DNA of 61,662 nt, taken from IMG/VR virus record IMGVR_UViG_3300035665_000034, positions 1 to 61,662 of that record; one strand, 5' to 3'. Of this stretch, positions 1 to 9,715 are shown piece after piece; position 1 is the first letter of the stretch, and each line of letters opens with the position of its first letter. The position numbers and the translations under genes are program-made. Under the pieces are notes generated by a model, which saw only the letters and a program-made list of their open reading frames with translations, was not told the origin of the DNA and did no database searches. The stretch comes from a virus (lineage: Duplodnaviria; Caudoviricetes).

Positions 1-415
1 GCGTGTTCGCGCCATCGATGGTCCAGCGCTCTTTGGAGAACGCGCGGCGATACCAATTCGACGACAGGATCTTGCGGCGGTCGATGCTCGCCTTGCGCGC
101 GAGGTTGTCGGAGTACGACGCGCACAAGTAGCGAAGTTGCGGGCGGCGAATCCACTCCCACACTGGCCAGACAATCGAGACGAGCGTGGTCTTCGAGTGA
201 CCGGGCGGCACGTTCACGATGAGCCGATGAATCTCGCCGCGCGTGATCGCTTCGAGGTGTTCGCAGATCGCGTCCATGTGCCAGTTCCACACGAGCGGGC
301 GCCCCGGGTTCACGATGGGCCACGCCATGCGCGCGAACGCCGAGAGCTTCCCTTCTGCGACTGCGTTCGCTGCCGAGAGCAGCGCGGCGAGCGCCTTTTC
401 GTCTCGTGTGATCAC
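1..415 (-). CDS. terL: terminase large subunit, N-terminal part (runs off window)
   Basis: Manual translation from GTG at 415: MITRDEK...VWNWHMDAICEHLEAITRGEIHRLIVNVPPGHSKTTLVSIVWPVWEW...YLCASYSDNLA, a TerL ATPase N-terminus with Walker A; not in the ORF track; GTGA overlap with upstream stop. Confidence 0.9.
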   Translation of the reverse strand, partial: MITRDEKALAALLSAANAVAEGKLSAFARMAWPIVNPGRPLVWNWHMDAICEHLEAITRGEIHRLIVNVPPGHSKTTLVSIVWPVWEWIRRPQLRYLCASYSDNLARKASIDRRKILSSNWYRRAFSKERWTIDGANT

Positions 416-1917
416 GCGCCGTCGAGCGTGATCAAAGACGCGGCGCACGTCCCGTCGAGCAAGGGCTCGACGCCTTCGAGCACGAAAAGCTCGCCCTCGA
501 AGTCGAGGTCTTCGTCGGTGACTGCGATGATCGCGCCGGGCGGCAAGTCGAAGAAGCTCTCGTCGACGCCCGCGTATTCGACGCGCGCCCGCAGGACGCC
601 GTTCTTCAACAGCGCGTCGGCGCCGAGCAGGTAGGCGGTCGCGGCGTCGTTGCAGTCGGGCGCGTCGAGCGAGAGCACCGCACTCGGACCCCAACGCGAG
701 AACGCACGCGCGCAAAGTCCGCTCGTCGTCTCGTCGAAGCGCACGATCTCGGTCTGCCCGCCGACGTTGCCGTCGAGCGCGTAGGCGACCTCGATGCGCG
801 AGACGATGTTGTCGACCGACTCCTCGTCGAAGTTCGTTCGCTCGAACGCGTTCACGCCCATGACGATTGACGCCGCAGGGCGCGCGTCGACTTCGTTCGG
901 GAACGTGATCGCGTCCCATCCGAAGCGCCCGTTTGGCGCCCCGAACGAGACGGGAAATTGACCGGCGATTCGCGACGTCGCGAACGACTCGACCGTCTCG
1001 CCCGGTGACTGCTCGTTCGCGAAGAACGACACGGCGAACGCGTTCAGGCGCGGGCGCGCGAACTCGATGCGGCGTCGGTCGAACGTCGTCCATCCCGTTT
1101 GGGCGTAGGTCTTGAACAAGTGCGCGAGCACGTCGCCGAGCAGCGTGATCGAACGCCCGTCGGGGAACGCGTAACCGCTGACGCTCGTGAAGTAGAGCGA
1201 CGAGCCTTCGGTGCCGAAGTCAGCCGCCGCGATCTCTACGTAGGCGTACAGATCGCCGAGCGCGTCGCGGTCGTAGAGCACGGGCGCGGCGGCGTCGATC
1301 ACGCCCGACGAGCCGACGAGTTCGAGCGTCGTCGACGCGACTTCGTGCGACGCGACGACGAGTCGAATCGGGTCGACGGTGACGTCGGTCACGGCGACTG
1401 CGGGAAGGCCCTTGGGCGCCCCGTAGACGACAGGCAGCGCGAAGGCGAGAGAATCAGAAGGGGCGTCGGGGAAACGCGCCTTGGTGAGTCGGCAGGGCGG
1501 GAAGGGCGCGTCTTGCTCGCGACGCGCTGCGCGCAGGACGAACGAGACCTCGCCGCCGTCGACGTCCCACGACACGTCGCGCGGCGAACCGACGAAGACC
1601 TCGTGCGAGTCGGTCAGGATCTCGTCTTCAGGCCACCAGAAGACGCGCCACGTCGACGCCTGCAACGGCGCCGAGATTCGCGCGGCGAACATCGCGCCGA
1701 CGTCGGCCGCGTTCGCCAAAACGACGCGCACTTCGCCTTGCCCTGCGTCGTCGCCGATGAGCGGGAACGTCCGCGCGGGCAGCGCGTCGACCTGCGCCAG
1801 CGGAACGAACGTGTGTCGCTCGCCGAACTCGTCGAGAACGTCGAACGCGCCGACGCTCGCCGAGTAGCGCGCGACGGTCTTCGCGCCCGAGTAGTGGACG
1901 AGAAGGACGCGCCTCAC
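412..1917 (-). CDS. minor tail / hub-like structural protein
   Basis: GTG start at 1917 (GTGA overlap); PFP...LPVVYG motif and beta-rich composition as in tail proteins. Confidence 0.55.
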   Translation of the reverse strand: MRRVLLVHYSGAKTVARYSASVGAFDVLDEFGERHTFVPLAQVDALPARTFPLIGDDAGQGEVRVVLANAADVGAMFAARISAPLQASTWRVFWWPEDEILTDSHEVFVGSPRDVSWDVDGGEVSFVLRAARREQDAPFPPCRLTKARFPDAPSDSLAFALPVVYGAPKGLPAVAVTDVTVDPIRLVVASHEVASTTLELVGSSGVIDAAAPVLYDRDALGDLYAYVEIAAADFGTEGSSLYFTSVSGYAFPDGRSITLLGDVLAHLFKTYAQTGWTTFDRRRIEFARPRLNAFAVSFFANEQSPGETVESFATSRIAGQFPVSFGAPNGRFGWDAITFPNEVDARPAASIVMGVNAFERTNFDEESVDNIVSRIEVAYALDGNVGGQTEIVRFDETTSGLCARAFSRWGPSAVLSLDAPDCNDAATAYLLGADALLKNGVLRARVEYAGVDESFFDLPPGAIIAVTDEDLDFEGELFVLEGVEPLLDGTCAASLITLDGA

Positions 1918-2360
1918 GTTCGCACGACCTCGATTGTCGTCGCGTGCTCGGGCTTCTTCCCGTCGAGCGACTTCAGCGTGACGCCCTGTCGCTCGAAGCC
2001 GACGGCGCGCGACGGGACGAGCATCCCGGCGCGGGCTTCGAGCAGCGTCCGCACGCCCGAGAGCGAGGTGAACACGCGACCCGAGAGGCACTGGACGGCG
2101 AGTTCGAGCGCTTCGTCGCGGAACGCGCAGCCTGACGCGTAGACGCTGACCCTATCGCCTTCGAGCTTGAGCACGTCCCACACGAGCGCGCCGCGCATCG
2201 TGAAGCGCCCGCGAACGAGGACGCGGTTCGCGCGCATCGTGTCGCGCTTCTTCTCGCTCGCCTCGTCGTGCGGTCGAGTCGTGACAGGTCGAGCGCGTGC
2301 GGCGTCGCGTGCGATGGCGACGGCGGTGCGCGGGTCGATCTCGTGCGCGTGCCGGATCAT
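1914..2360 (-). CDS. hypothetical protein
   Basis: Overlapping start/stop with neighbours; start uncertain. Confidence 0.5.
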   Translation of the reverse strand: MIRHAHEIDPRTAVAIARDAARARPVTTRPHDEASEKKRDTMRANRVLVRGRFTMRGALVWDVLKLEGDRVSVYASGCAFRDEALELAVQCLSGRVFTSLSGVRTLLEARAGMLVPSRAVGFERQGVTLKSLDGKKPEHATTIEVVRT

Positions 2361-2746
2361 CGTCGGGGTTCACGCCCGAGCGAGAGCGCGAGAATCCAGC
2401 GCATGACGACCTCGCGCGACTCGTCGTCGGGCGCACGCTTCACGGTGCGGTCGAGGACGGAGACACGGATGTCGGGATCGACGCCTGCCGAAGATGCGAT
2501 CACCCACGCGTGATCCTCGAACGTCGACGAGTCGTCTTCGCCTGCGTCGAGTCGTTCGGCATCGACGGACGCGAACGCTTCAATCGTCGCCGACACGATC
2601 TCGCCGTCTGACGTCGCCCACTTCATGCGCTCGCCGTCCGAGTCGAGAACGAACACGACGTCGGCGCCGTGTCGCCAGAACTCACCGGCCAGCGGGAGAA
2701 GCGCGCGCTGGCGCTCGACGGTCGCCTTCGCGATCTCGGTCTTCAT
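2357..2746 (-). CDS. hypothetical protein (MKTEIAKAT...)
   Basis: ATGA-type overlaps at both ends. Confidence 0.55.
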   Translation of the reverse strand: MKTEIAKATVERQRALLPLAGEFWRHGADVVFVLDSDGERMKWATSDGEIVSATIEAFASVDAERLDAGEDDSSTFEDHAWVIASSAGVDPDIRVSVLDRTVKRAPDDESREVVMRWILALSLGREPRR

Positions 2747-3183
2747 CGTGTGCTCGCCTCCCACAAGCCGACGGGCGAACGCCCCTTGTCGAGTTCGAGC
2801 AGCGCGAGCGCGACGAGCGAGCGCCCGAGGTGGTCTTGCATCTCGCGCGTCTTCCCGATCTCGACGCGCCCGACGTCGAAGAAGCCGCCCGTCCATTCAG
2901 CGCGGCACGCGACTTCGGGTCCGTCTTTCGCGGGACGCTCGACGACCTCGACGACGATGCGCGCGAACAGGCGCCTCACGCTGGCCGGGTCGTATCCCGA
3001 CTCGCAGACGGCCGAGAACGCGCGGTCAATCGTGACGCACGTCGCGTCCTCGTCGAGCGTCGTCTTCGGGTGAAAGACTCGAACGCCGAGCCGTTCAAAC
3101 CCGACGTTGAGCGAGCGGCCGAAGACGTGGATGAAGATGGTTCGCACGCGGCCCATTCTTGGGGGCGAGTGCGAAGAACGCAA
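2743..3183 (-). CDS. hypothetical protein
   Basis: Fills gap in operon; start uncertain. Confidence 0.5.
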   Translation of the reverse strand: MRSSHSPPRMGRVRTIFIHVFGRSLNVGFERLGVRVFHPKTTLDEDATCVTIDRAFSAVCESGYDPASVRRLFARIVVEVVERPAKDGPEVACRAEWTGGFFDVGRVEIGKTREMQDHLGRSLVALALLELDKGRSPVGLWEASTR

Positions 3184-3192
3184 GCGCTCGCG

Positions 3193-4710
3193 TTACGCCT
3201 GCCACGGCGCGGCTTCGACGCCGCGCCCGCCGACTGCGCGCGAGAGTTCGGCGATGAAGTCCTGAACGACCTTCGCCGGGCCTTCGATCACGAAGCCGTA
3301 CCCCAACGCGACTTCGAGCCAGTCGTCGCCGCCCAACGGCCCGATCCAGATCGCGCGCTCGGTCTTCCGCAGAAGCGCGATGGCCTTCTCGAAGACGCGC
3401 AACGTCGCCGCGCCGCCGAGCCCGACGAGCGAGAAGACGATGTGCTGACCGGGGTCGAGCGCGAGCGGTTCGACCTCGGCTTCGGTGATCGCGGCGTCGC
3501 CGAACTTCGCCGCGAACGATCCCGTATCGCCGCCCGCGAGCCGAACGAGTTCGTCGAAGTCGGGCACGACTGTCCCGCCGCTCGGCGGGAGTGAGTCGAG
3601 CAGCTTGTCGAGGTTCTTCTTCGCGGCCTTCGTCGCCTGCTCGATGGCGGCCTCTTGCGCCCGGTGAACCGTGAAGCCGTCGAGCCCGCGAATGTGGGTC
3701 ATCCAGTTGACGTCGTGCGCTCGCAGGTCGTCGCCGCGCACGACCTCGGACGTCGAGAACGTCGGGACGTGCCAGATTTTCCGCGAGTCCGCGAACTCTC
3801 GAATCTGCCCGCTCACGTCGCGTCGATGCCCGATCCAGCGGTCGACTTCGGCATCGTCGCCGCGTGCTCGCGCCCGGTCGATGCGGCGCACGGCGAACGC
3901 CTGTCGCGCTTCGAGATCGGCGAGAACGATCCGCTCTTTGTCGGTCGCGAGGCGCAGCCCGCGCGGCGGCTTCGGCTTCGGTCCCTCGACGCGCTGACGC
4001 ACGCCTCGCCCTCGCTCGCGCTGGATCGCGGTCAGCGGCTTGTCGCGAGCGTAGACGCCGGTCGCCGTCTTGAACTCCAAGAAACATTTGCAGTTCGTTC
4101 GGCACTGACACGAACCCGCGCGAGGCATCGTCGGCAAGGTCTCTTGCGTGTAGGGCGAGTTCGCTGCGAGGAGCGGGCAGTCGACACAATGGCGGGCTGA
4201 TCCGAGTCGCCACCAGATCGTGAAACCGGGCGGCGTCGCGTCGACGACGGCACGCTGGAACGCGCCTTCGAGCCCGCGCGAGAACATCGCGGTCCGCTGC
4301 GCGGGCGACATGTTGCCGGGCTTGAAAACGTGCCCGCTGAACACGTCGCCTGCGAACCGCGTCGCGAACTCTTTCTGCGTTGCGAGCGCCATCGCCGCGC
4401 GGTCGCTCAACGCGTTCGACGGGCGCGCTCCCCAAAAGTCCCGACCCTTCGCGTAAGCCTGCCGATACGACGCGTCGAGCGTCGTGTGGAACGACGTCAA
4501 CAGGTCGCCGCGCGCCTTCGCGACGGCCTCGCGCTTCTCGCCGCGCTTCAACGTGCGCGCAGCTTCGATTGCGGCGAAGTAGCCGTCGAGCGACCCGAGC
4601 CAGAGCGACAGGAACGAGCGCGAGACGTCGCGCACTTCGTTCGCCGCCTTGTTCGTCTTCAGCGCCTCGGTCAGTTGCTCGGCCGTCTTCGCGCGCCGCA
4701 CGTTGCTCAC
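3193..4710 (-). CDS. head morphogenesis protein (MuF/SPP1 gp7-like) with C-terminal extension
   Basis: Directly after portal; WRLGSARHCVDC...P.MPRAGSCQCRTNCKC Cys motif. Confidence 0.7.
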   Translation of the reverse strand: MSNVRRAKTAEQLTEALKTNKAANEVRDVSRSFLSLWLGSLDGYFAAIEAARTLKRGEKREAVAKARGDLLTSFHTTLDASYRQAYAKGRDFWGARPSNALSDRAAMALATQKEFATRFAGDVFSGHVFKPGNMSPAQRTAMFSRGLEGAFQRAVVDATPPGFTIWWRLGSARHCVDCPLLAANSPYTQETLPTMPRAGSCQCRTNCKCFLEFKTATGVYARDKPLTAIQRERGRGVRQRVEGPKPKPPRGLRLATDKERIVLADLEARQAFAVRRIDRARARGDDAEVDRWIGHRRDVSGQIREFADSRKIWHVPTFSTSEVVRGDDLRAHDVNWMTHIRGLDGFTVHRAQEAAIEQATKAAKKNLDKLLDSLPPSGGTVVPDFDELVRLAGGDTGSFAAKFGDAAITEAEVEPLALDPGQHIVFSLVGLGGAATLRVFEKAIALLRKTERAIWIGPLGGDDWLEVALGYGFVIEGPAKVVQDFIAELSRAVGGRGVEAAPWQA

Positions 4711-6227
4711 TCCTCGGTCTTCGGCGGCTGATTCTCTCGGGCGCGAACGCGGTCGCGCGGTTTCGCGACGATGCGAGTAGCCAGCGCCGACAGTCGTTCG
4801 GCCGCGCTGACGGCGAGGTCGATGTTCGATTGCCCCGCGTCGACGGCCGCCACGATGTCGGTGATCGTCGCTTCTTCGAGGTCGGGGAACCCGGTGGCGA
4901 GCGCGAAGCGGAGAGGCACGTTCGCCTCGGTCAACGTCTTCACGACGCGCGACTTGCGTTCGAGGATTTCAGCGCGCAGCGCCTCGTCGAAGACGCTCAC
5001 TTGCGACATCGTGATCGAGTATTCGTCGGGCTCGGGAACGATGCCTTGAACGAGGCACGCGCGGATGAAAACGTCGTTGAGGATCTTCGACGCGTCGCGT
5101 TGCTTGTTCGAGATCGACTTCGAGAAGTGGAGCGCCTGTTGCTCCAGCGTCGCGCGCGAGTTCACGTCGCGCTCGATGCCGACGAGCGCCTTCGGGACGC
5201 CGGTTGCGACGAAGAAACGATCCTGCATGTGGCGCAGAACGTCGACGAGTTGCTTCAGATCAGCGGGCTCCGTCTCGACGACGGTCGGCGTCATGTTGAC
5301 GTCCTTCATCGTGCGAAACGGGAGCACGCGCGGCACGGTGTCGAGCAGCGTCGCGACGCGTCGACGCAACGCGCCTGCCGAGTCGAAGAAGCTCTCGTGC
5401 TCGACGGACTGTCGCGCCTGTCGAATCCAGTTCTCGACCTCGACGTTCGACAGGCCCGAAGGGAACGGCCAGAGCATGAGCACGTCGCCTGCCGCCTTGC
5501 GCAAGGCGAGCATCGTCGTTACGTCGTCGACGCCTTCGTGACGGCGACGAATGCCGCGCGCCGAGTAGAGCAGCCCGCGCCCGTAGCTCGACCCGCGAAC
5601 GGCGCCGGGCGCGTAGTGGATCACCTGAAACGGGGCGAGTTGTCGCGGCTTGCTCGCGCCGTCGAAGACGTATCGGAAGTGGTCGACGTTGCCCCACTCG
5701 TCGACCATGACCGACGTCGCCTGCGGCAACGCGCGCTCGCCGACGAGGCGCGTCGGCGCGTCCGCGAAGACGAGTTCCGTGAACGAGTTGTCGAGCCACA
5801 CGCCCTCGTGAACGACGTCGCGGATGAGCTTGTGCGTGTTCAGTTCTTGCTCGGCCGCTTCGATGGTCCGCACGACTTCGGGGCGCGCGTTCTCGGAGAA
5901 CTTCAACGAGTATGCCTCGTCGGGGTTGCCGAACACGAAGTCGACGAAGACCTCGACGGCCTTCGCGAGTTCGGGAACTTCTTCGGCGATCTCGCGATAG
6001 TCGACGACGCGTTCGGCGCGCGATTGATCGAAGGGCAACGGCCCGAGAGACGCGACGGCTGCGCGCTGACGCGAGGCGCGCGCGACGTTCAGATCGTATG
6101 CCGACGTCTGCGTCATGTCCTGACGCGCCGACGGCCCGAGTTGAACCGCCGCGACGCGTGAGGGCTTCGCGGTGAAGGCGTTGCGCGCTGCCGTCAGCAC
6201 CGCGCCAATGATTCCCTGCTCCGCCAT
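4707..6227 (-). CDS. portal protein
   Basis: 506 aa; YREIAEEVPELAKAVEVFVD, QVIHY...SSYGRGLL, FFVATGVPKALVG motifs; adjacent to MuF-like gene. Confidence 0.8.
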   Translation of the reverse strand: MAEQGIIGAVLTAARNAFTAKPSRVAAVQLGPSARQDMTQTSAYDLNVARASRQRAAVASLGPLPFDQSRAERVVDYREIAEEVPELAKAVEVFVDFVFGNPDEAYSLKFSENARPEVVRTIEAAEQELNTHKLIRDVVHEGVWLDNSFTELVFADAPTRLVGERALPQATSVMVDEWGNVDHFRYVFDGASKPRQLAPFQVIHYAPGAVRGSSYGRGLLYSARGIRRRHEGVDDVTTMLALRKAAGDVLMLWPFPSGLSNVEVENWIRQARQSVEHESFFDSAGALRRRVATLLDTVPRVLPFRTMKDVNMTPTVVETEPADLKQLVDVLRHMQDRFFVATGVPKALVGIERDVNSRATLEQQALHFSKSISNKQRDASKILNDVFIRACLVQGIVPEPDEYSITMSQVSVFDEALRAEILERKSRVVKTLTEANVPLRFALATGFPDLEEATITDIVAAVDAGQSNIDLAVSAAERLSALATRIVAKPRDRVRARENQPPKTEE

Positions 6228-6322
6228 CGCGTCGACCTCCGAGACCTGCGCCCGGCAGTCTATCTGCGCGAGAGCTTCAGGTCTACGCCACGAGGCCCAT
6301 GCTCAACCAGAGCGGCTGCCTG

Positions 6323-7027
6323 TCATGCTTCGTCGGGCGCGTCGCCTTCTGAAGTTTGGAGCCCGTCGGTCAGGTTGGAACTGCCATCTCTCGACTGGGT
6401 GCCGAGCGCATCTACAATGCTTGGCGGGCGTTTCGGGTATGGCATCGCGAGGTGCGCGACGTCAAGCCTCATGGCGGCGTCGAGCGGCATCAGGTATCTA
6501 TGCTTTCCCTCGCAACGGACCATCTTCGAGCCCGGGGGCATCGGCGTTTTCTTCGCGCCGAAGTTCTTCCCGACGTATGCGCGTCGGTGGATGGTGGACC
6601 CGTCAGCCGTAACGACGCGAGTGCTGTCGGCTGACCTGCCCGTATAGATCCACCCGCCCGCCTGATAGATGCCGCCGTGGTGGTCCTGCTCAGGGTCGGC
6701 GAACGAGACGACGAGACGCACGCCGGGCGACGACTTACGCAACAGGCGCAGCGACACCGCGACGATCCTGCTCACTTCGACAGTGTGTTCCTTGAGGGCG
6801 ACGCGCACGAGTTCGACGATCTCGCCCACGTTGAGCCCGTAAGGGCAGCCGATCTTTGGACTTGCGCCGTGCCCGTACACTACAACGCCGATGAAGACGC
6901 CGTCCTCCCAGACGCCGAAGTTCACGGTCTTCGGCATCGGGTATGTCCGCGAGTAGTGCCACGCTTCGCAGCACTTACGCGCGGTCGTCGAGGTCACAGG
7001 CTGGATGTTAAGGGAGCGCTTCGCCAC
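6323..7027 (-). CDS. mom: Mom-family DNA (adenine) modification protein
   Basis: WHYS, ELVRV, VSFADPEQDHHGGIYQAGGWIYTG and KHRY motifs of Mu Mom-like proteins; start could be 7027 or 7051. Confidence 0.8.
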   Translation of the reverse strand: MAKRSLNIQPVTSTTARKCCEAWHYSRTYPMPKTVNFGVWEDGVFIGVVVYGHGASPKIGCPYGLNVGEIVELVRVALKEHTVEVSRIVAVSLRLLRKSSPGVRLVVSFADPEQDHHGGIYQAGGWIYTGRSADSTRVVTADGSTIHRRAYVGKNFGAKKTPMPPGSKMVRCEGKHRYLMPLDAAMRLDVAHLAMPYPKRPPSIVDALGTQSRDGSSNLTDGLQTSEGDAPDEA

Positions 7028-7520
7028 AATGCGGGCACCTTTTCGCCTCATAGCTCAAGTCGGAAGGCGACGGCTCCAGTTCAGGCTCCACGTCGAGGAC
7101 TGCGAGGTCGCTGAAGTGCAACTCCTCGAACGCCGTAGGCATGTCTCGCTTCGCCTCTTCGAGCACGGCTCGCAGTAGGGCCTCGTCCCACTCGCCGCCG
7201 ATCAAGCTATTGTTCAGCGTGATGTTCGCTGCTTTCTCGCTCGCTTCGTCGAGGTCGACGACTCGAACGTCGACTTCTTCAACGCCGAGTTGAACGAGCA
7301 CCTTCACGCGCTGGTGCCCACCGACTAGCCTGTTCGTGCGCTCGTTCCAGACGATCCCGCCCATGTCGCCGAAGCGTGCCAAACTCGCTCGAAGACCTTC
7401 GAGTGCTCGCTCGGAAATCTTGCGCGGGTTGTAGTCGGCAGGCCGCAGCTCGGAGACCTTCATGCGTCGCGTCGTCCACGTCGGGATCTCGCGTTCGTTC
7501 GTCGTCTTTCGCTTCGTCAT
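7008..7520 (-). CDS. ParB/Srx-like N-terminal domain protein with terminal CPHCG knuckle
   Basis: LRPADYNPRKI...IVWNERT.RLVGGHQRVK...NITLNN..IGGEWD. Confidence 0.85.
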   Translation of the reverse strand: MTKRKTTNEREIPTWTTRRMKVSELRPADYNPRKISERALEGLRASLARFGDMGGIVWNERTNRLVGGHQRVKVLVQLGVEEVDVRVVDLDEASEKAANITLNNSLIGGEWDEALLRAVLEEAKRDMPTAFEELHFSDLAVLDVEPELEPSPSDLSYEAKRCPHCGEALP

Positions 7521-7527
7521 GCGCCGA

Positions 7528-7557
7528 CCGTTAGCCGAACCGGCGCCGCCGCGTCAA
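7528..7557 (-). promoter_or_regulatory. sigma70-like promoter TTGACG-N18-TAACGG, 7 nt before ATG
   Basis: Same geometry as the 16670-16699 copy. Confidence 0.5.
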
Positions 7558-7699
7558 GGTTCGCGTTTGAGGCACCATGCAGCCCCATAGAGACACGAGA
7601 CGCGTTATGGGCGCGTTGGGGTCGCGGTTCAGGGCGAGAGCGCCTTAAAAACGCCTTCTAGGCCCCTTTGTGGCGTTCGTGGTGGCAGGCGGGCGCGGT

Positions 7700-7942
7700 T
7701 CATCGACAGACGCAACGCCTCGGGTCGCACGAACCGGGGCGAACGCCCGGTCGACGCGTGATGATCGGCTTGCCGAAGTCGCCGTCGACGAACGACAGAA
7801 CCTCGAACTCGCACTCGGGGGCCAGCGTCTCGGCGCGCGGGCAGCCTGACGCGTGACGCGGACCGGGCGGCCCGATCACTTCCATGTCGCAGCCGCACCC
7901 GTCGCAGAACTGCCCGTCGTCGAAGTCGCCGAGGCCGGTCAC
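7700..7942 (-). CDS. small Cys-rich hypothetical protein
   Basis: GTG start overlapping upstream stop; CDGCGC...H..GC motif. Confidence 0.5.
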   Translation of the reverse strand: MTGLGDFDDGQFCDGCGCDMEVIGPPGPRHASGCPRAETLAPECEFEVLSFVDGDFGKPIITRRPGVRPGSCDPRRCVCR

Positions 7943-8319
7943 GTCGACCTCGCCTTCTTCGCGGGCTCGTTCGGCAGGGCTTCGAGCGTCGCGGCGAAGT
8001 CCACGCGCCTGATCTGGCGAACCGCTTCGAGCGAAAACGGTCGAGAGACCGGCGAGGCCCAAACGCTCGCGAACTTGTAGGCGCGTTGCCCGTTCAGCGA
8101 TTCTCTCCAGAGACGCGAACGCTCGCGCATCGCGGAGAACGTGTCGTCGTGGACTTCTTCGCAAAGCGCCCGCGCGTCGTCGACGGCCTCGTTGTAGTCG
8201 GCTAGCACGGCGTTCAGCGCGTCGAGCGCGGCGTTCACGCCGGGTTCGAGTTCGCGCAGGCGCGCGACGAGCAGCGCCTTTCGGGCGACCTGCTCGGGCG
8301 TGAGCTTGATCGGTTTCAT
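7939..8319 (-). CDS. hypothetical coiled-coil protein (MKPIKLTPEQ...)
   Basis: GGAG RBS; ECF-type promoter upstream. Confidence 0.65.
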   Translation of the reverse strand: MKPIKLTPEQVARKALLVARLRELEPGVNAALDALNAVLADYNEAVDDARALCEEVHDDTFSAMRERSRLWRESLNGQRAYKFASVWASPVSRPFSLEAVRQIRRVDFAATLEALPNEPAKKARST

Positions 8320-8370
8320 GCTCGTTCTCCGTGCGCCGCGATGCGTGGGCGCATTCTTCGTTCGTTGTCT

Positions 8371-8398
8371 GTACGCCCGACCTCGCGATCCGTTTACG
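8371..8398 (-). promoter_or_regulatory. ECF-type promoter CGTAAA-N17-CGTAC (copy 1)
   Basis: One of 8 copies with fixed 17-nt spacer. Confidence 0.7.
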
Positions 8399-8792
8399 GG
8401 ATCGCGGTGACGGCGCAGACGCAAGCCGCGAGCGCCGCAGTCGCCGACCACCGACGCGGCACTTCGCGCTTGAGCGCGTCGGCGACGAGTCGCCGACGCT
8501 TGTCGTGGTTCGGCTCGCTCGCTGCCTTCTCCCATGCGCGAGCGGTGAGGCCCTGCTCGGTGAAGCCGAAGCCTTCATGGTTCACGACGGCGAGCAAGCT
8601 CGCAAGCTCTGCGGCAGCGTCGGCCGGGTCAACGCGAGCCGGGCCGACGTCGCCCCCGCCCTCGATCATGGGCAGGTCTTCCTGCGCGACGGCGCAGGCC
8701 GCGACCGCCTGCTCTCGCGTCGCGACTCTCCCGTGAGGGAACGTCGCGAAACATTCGTTGAAGTGGCTCCAATGCCCGACCTGATAGCTCAT
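8394..8792 (-). CDS. hypothetical protein
   Basis: Downstream of type-B repeat; its TAA lies in the promoter -35 box. Confidence 0.65.
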   Translation of the reverse strand: MSYQVGHWSHFNECFATFPHGRVATREQAVAACAVAQEDLPMIEGGGDVGPARVDPADAAAELASLLAVVNHEGFGFTEQGLTARAWEKAASEPNHDKRRRLVADALKREVPRRWSATAALAACVCAVTAIP

Positions 8793-8883
8793 GTTCTTCT
8801 CGTTTCGTTCGCGGTTTCTTCGAGGCGTTCGCGTTCTGCGGCGAACGTCTCGAACAAGGCGCGAAGCGCGCGGGCTTCGTTCA
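8793..8883. repeat. type-B intergenic hairpin repeat, copy 1
   Basis: Similar to 12073-12156; stem 8816-8832/8841-8857. Confidence 0.75.
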
Positions 8884-9135
8884 GGCGCGAAGGTCTCCGA
8901 GCTTCGCGCGAATCGCGCGGCACTCGGCGAGCACGAGTGCGGTGTCGATGAACCGACACGTCTTGTCGTCCCGAAAGAACGCAGTCACGAGCGCCATGTT
9001 CGCCTTTGAGTAGGGCGCGCCGGCCCGCTCGGGCAGGGCGAAGCACGCGGTCGCCGGGTTGCGGTCGTCGTTGGTGAGTTCAACGGCGACGTGGTAGGCG
9101 ACGTCAAAGTCTTGATTCGAGTATCGAGCCCACAT
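8881..9135 (-). CDS. cassette protein, 84 aa (MWARYSNQ...)
   Basis: ATG directly after type-A repeat RBS. Confidence 0.7.
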   Translation of the reverse strand: MWARYSNQDFDVAYHVAVELTNDDRNPATACFALPERAGAPYSKANMALVTAFFRDDKTCRFIDTALVLAECRAIRAKLGDLRA

Positions 9136-9265
9136 TTTCGTTTCTCCGTTCGTTCGTTTTCGTTTCGCTTCTGAAAATGAAGATAGACGAAGACGCTCTA
9201 GAAGAAAAGAAAAAAGCGCACTAGGCCGGCACTTTGTTCGAGGGCGTTCTGCGCCAACGCCTTCA
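9136..9265 (-). repeat. type-A promoter/RBS cassette repeat A1
   Basis: + strand cores CGCTTCTGAAAA and AGAAGAAAAGAAAAAAG; spans stop to start. Confidence 0.95.
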
Positions 9266-9715
9266 GGCGTCGCAGGGCGAGAAGACCTCGCCGACGTAGC
9301 CGAGGGCAGTTCGCAGGCTCGTCGCGGTGTGCCAGCGTGGGTCGCCCCACGGAAAGAGTTCGAGCATCTGGTCGGCCTGAATCGTCCCGCCTTCGTCGCT
9401 CGCCGCGTAGACCTCGCGGGCGAGGTCTGCCGCGCCGCCGTCGTCCACGCGAACGGCGAGACCCGGGTGAAACTCGACAACCTGCGGGCCTTCGGCCCGG
9501 GCGTCGGCTTCGGTGTCGAGCAGGAGCGCTTGCAACGCCTCGCCGTGGAGCCACGCCCCGGTCTCGTCGAGCGCCAGCGAGTCGTCGGGCTCGTCGAGCG
9601 TGACCTCGAACTCGCCGACGACGACCGCGACGAGGAGGGGTTGCATGTGCTCCAGCCACGCGGAGCACTGACGAGCCGTGCCCTCGAACTCACCCTTGCA
9701 CGTTGAAAGTTTCAT
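9263..9715 (-). CDS. acidic cassette protein, 150 aa
   Basis: Preceded by the RBS/leader part of the repeat. Confidence 0.7.
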   Translation of the reverse strand: MKLSTCKGEFEGTARQCSAWLEHMQPLLVAVVVGEFEVTLDEPDDSLALDETGAWLHGEALQALLLDTEADARAEGPQVVEFHPGLAVRVDDGGAADLAREVYAASDEGGTIQADQMLELFPWGDPRWHTATSLRTALGYVGEVFSPCDA

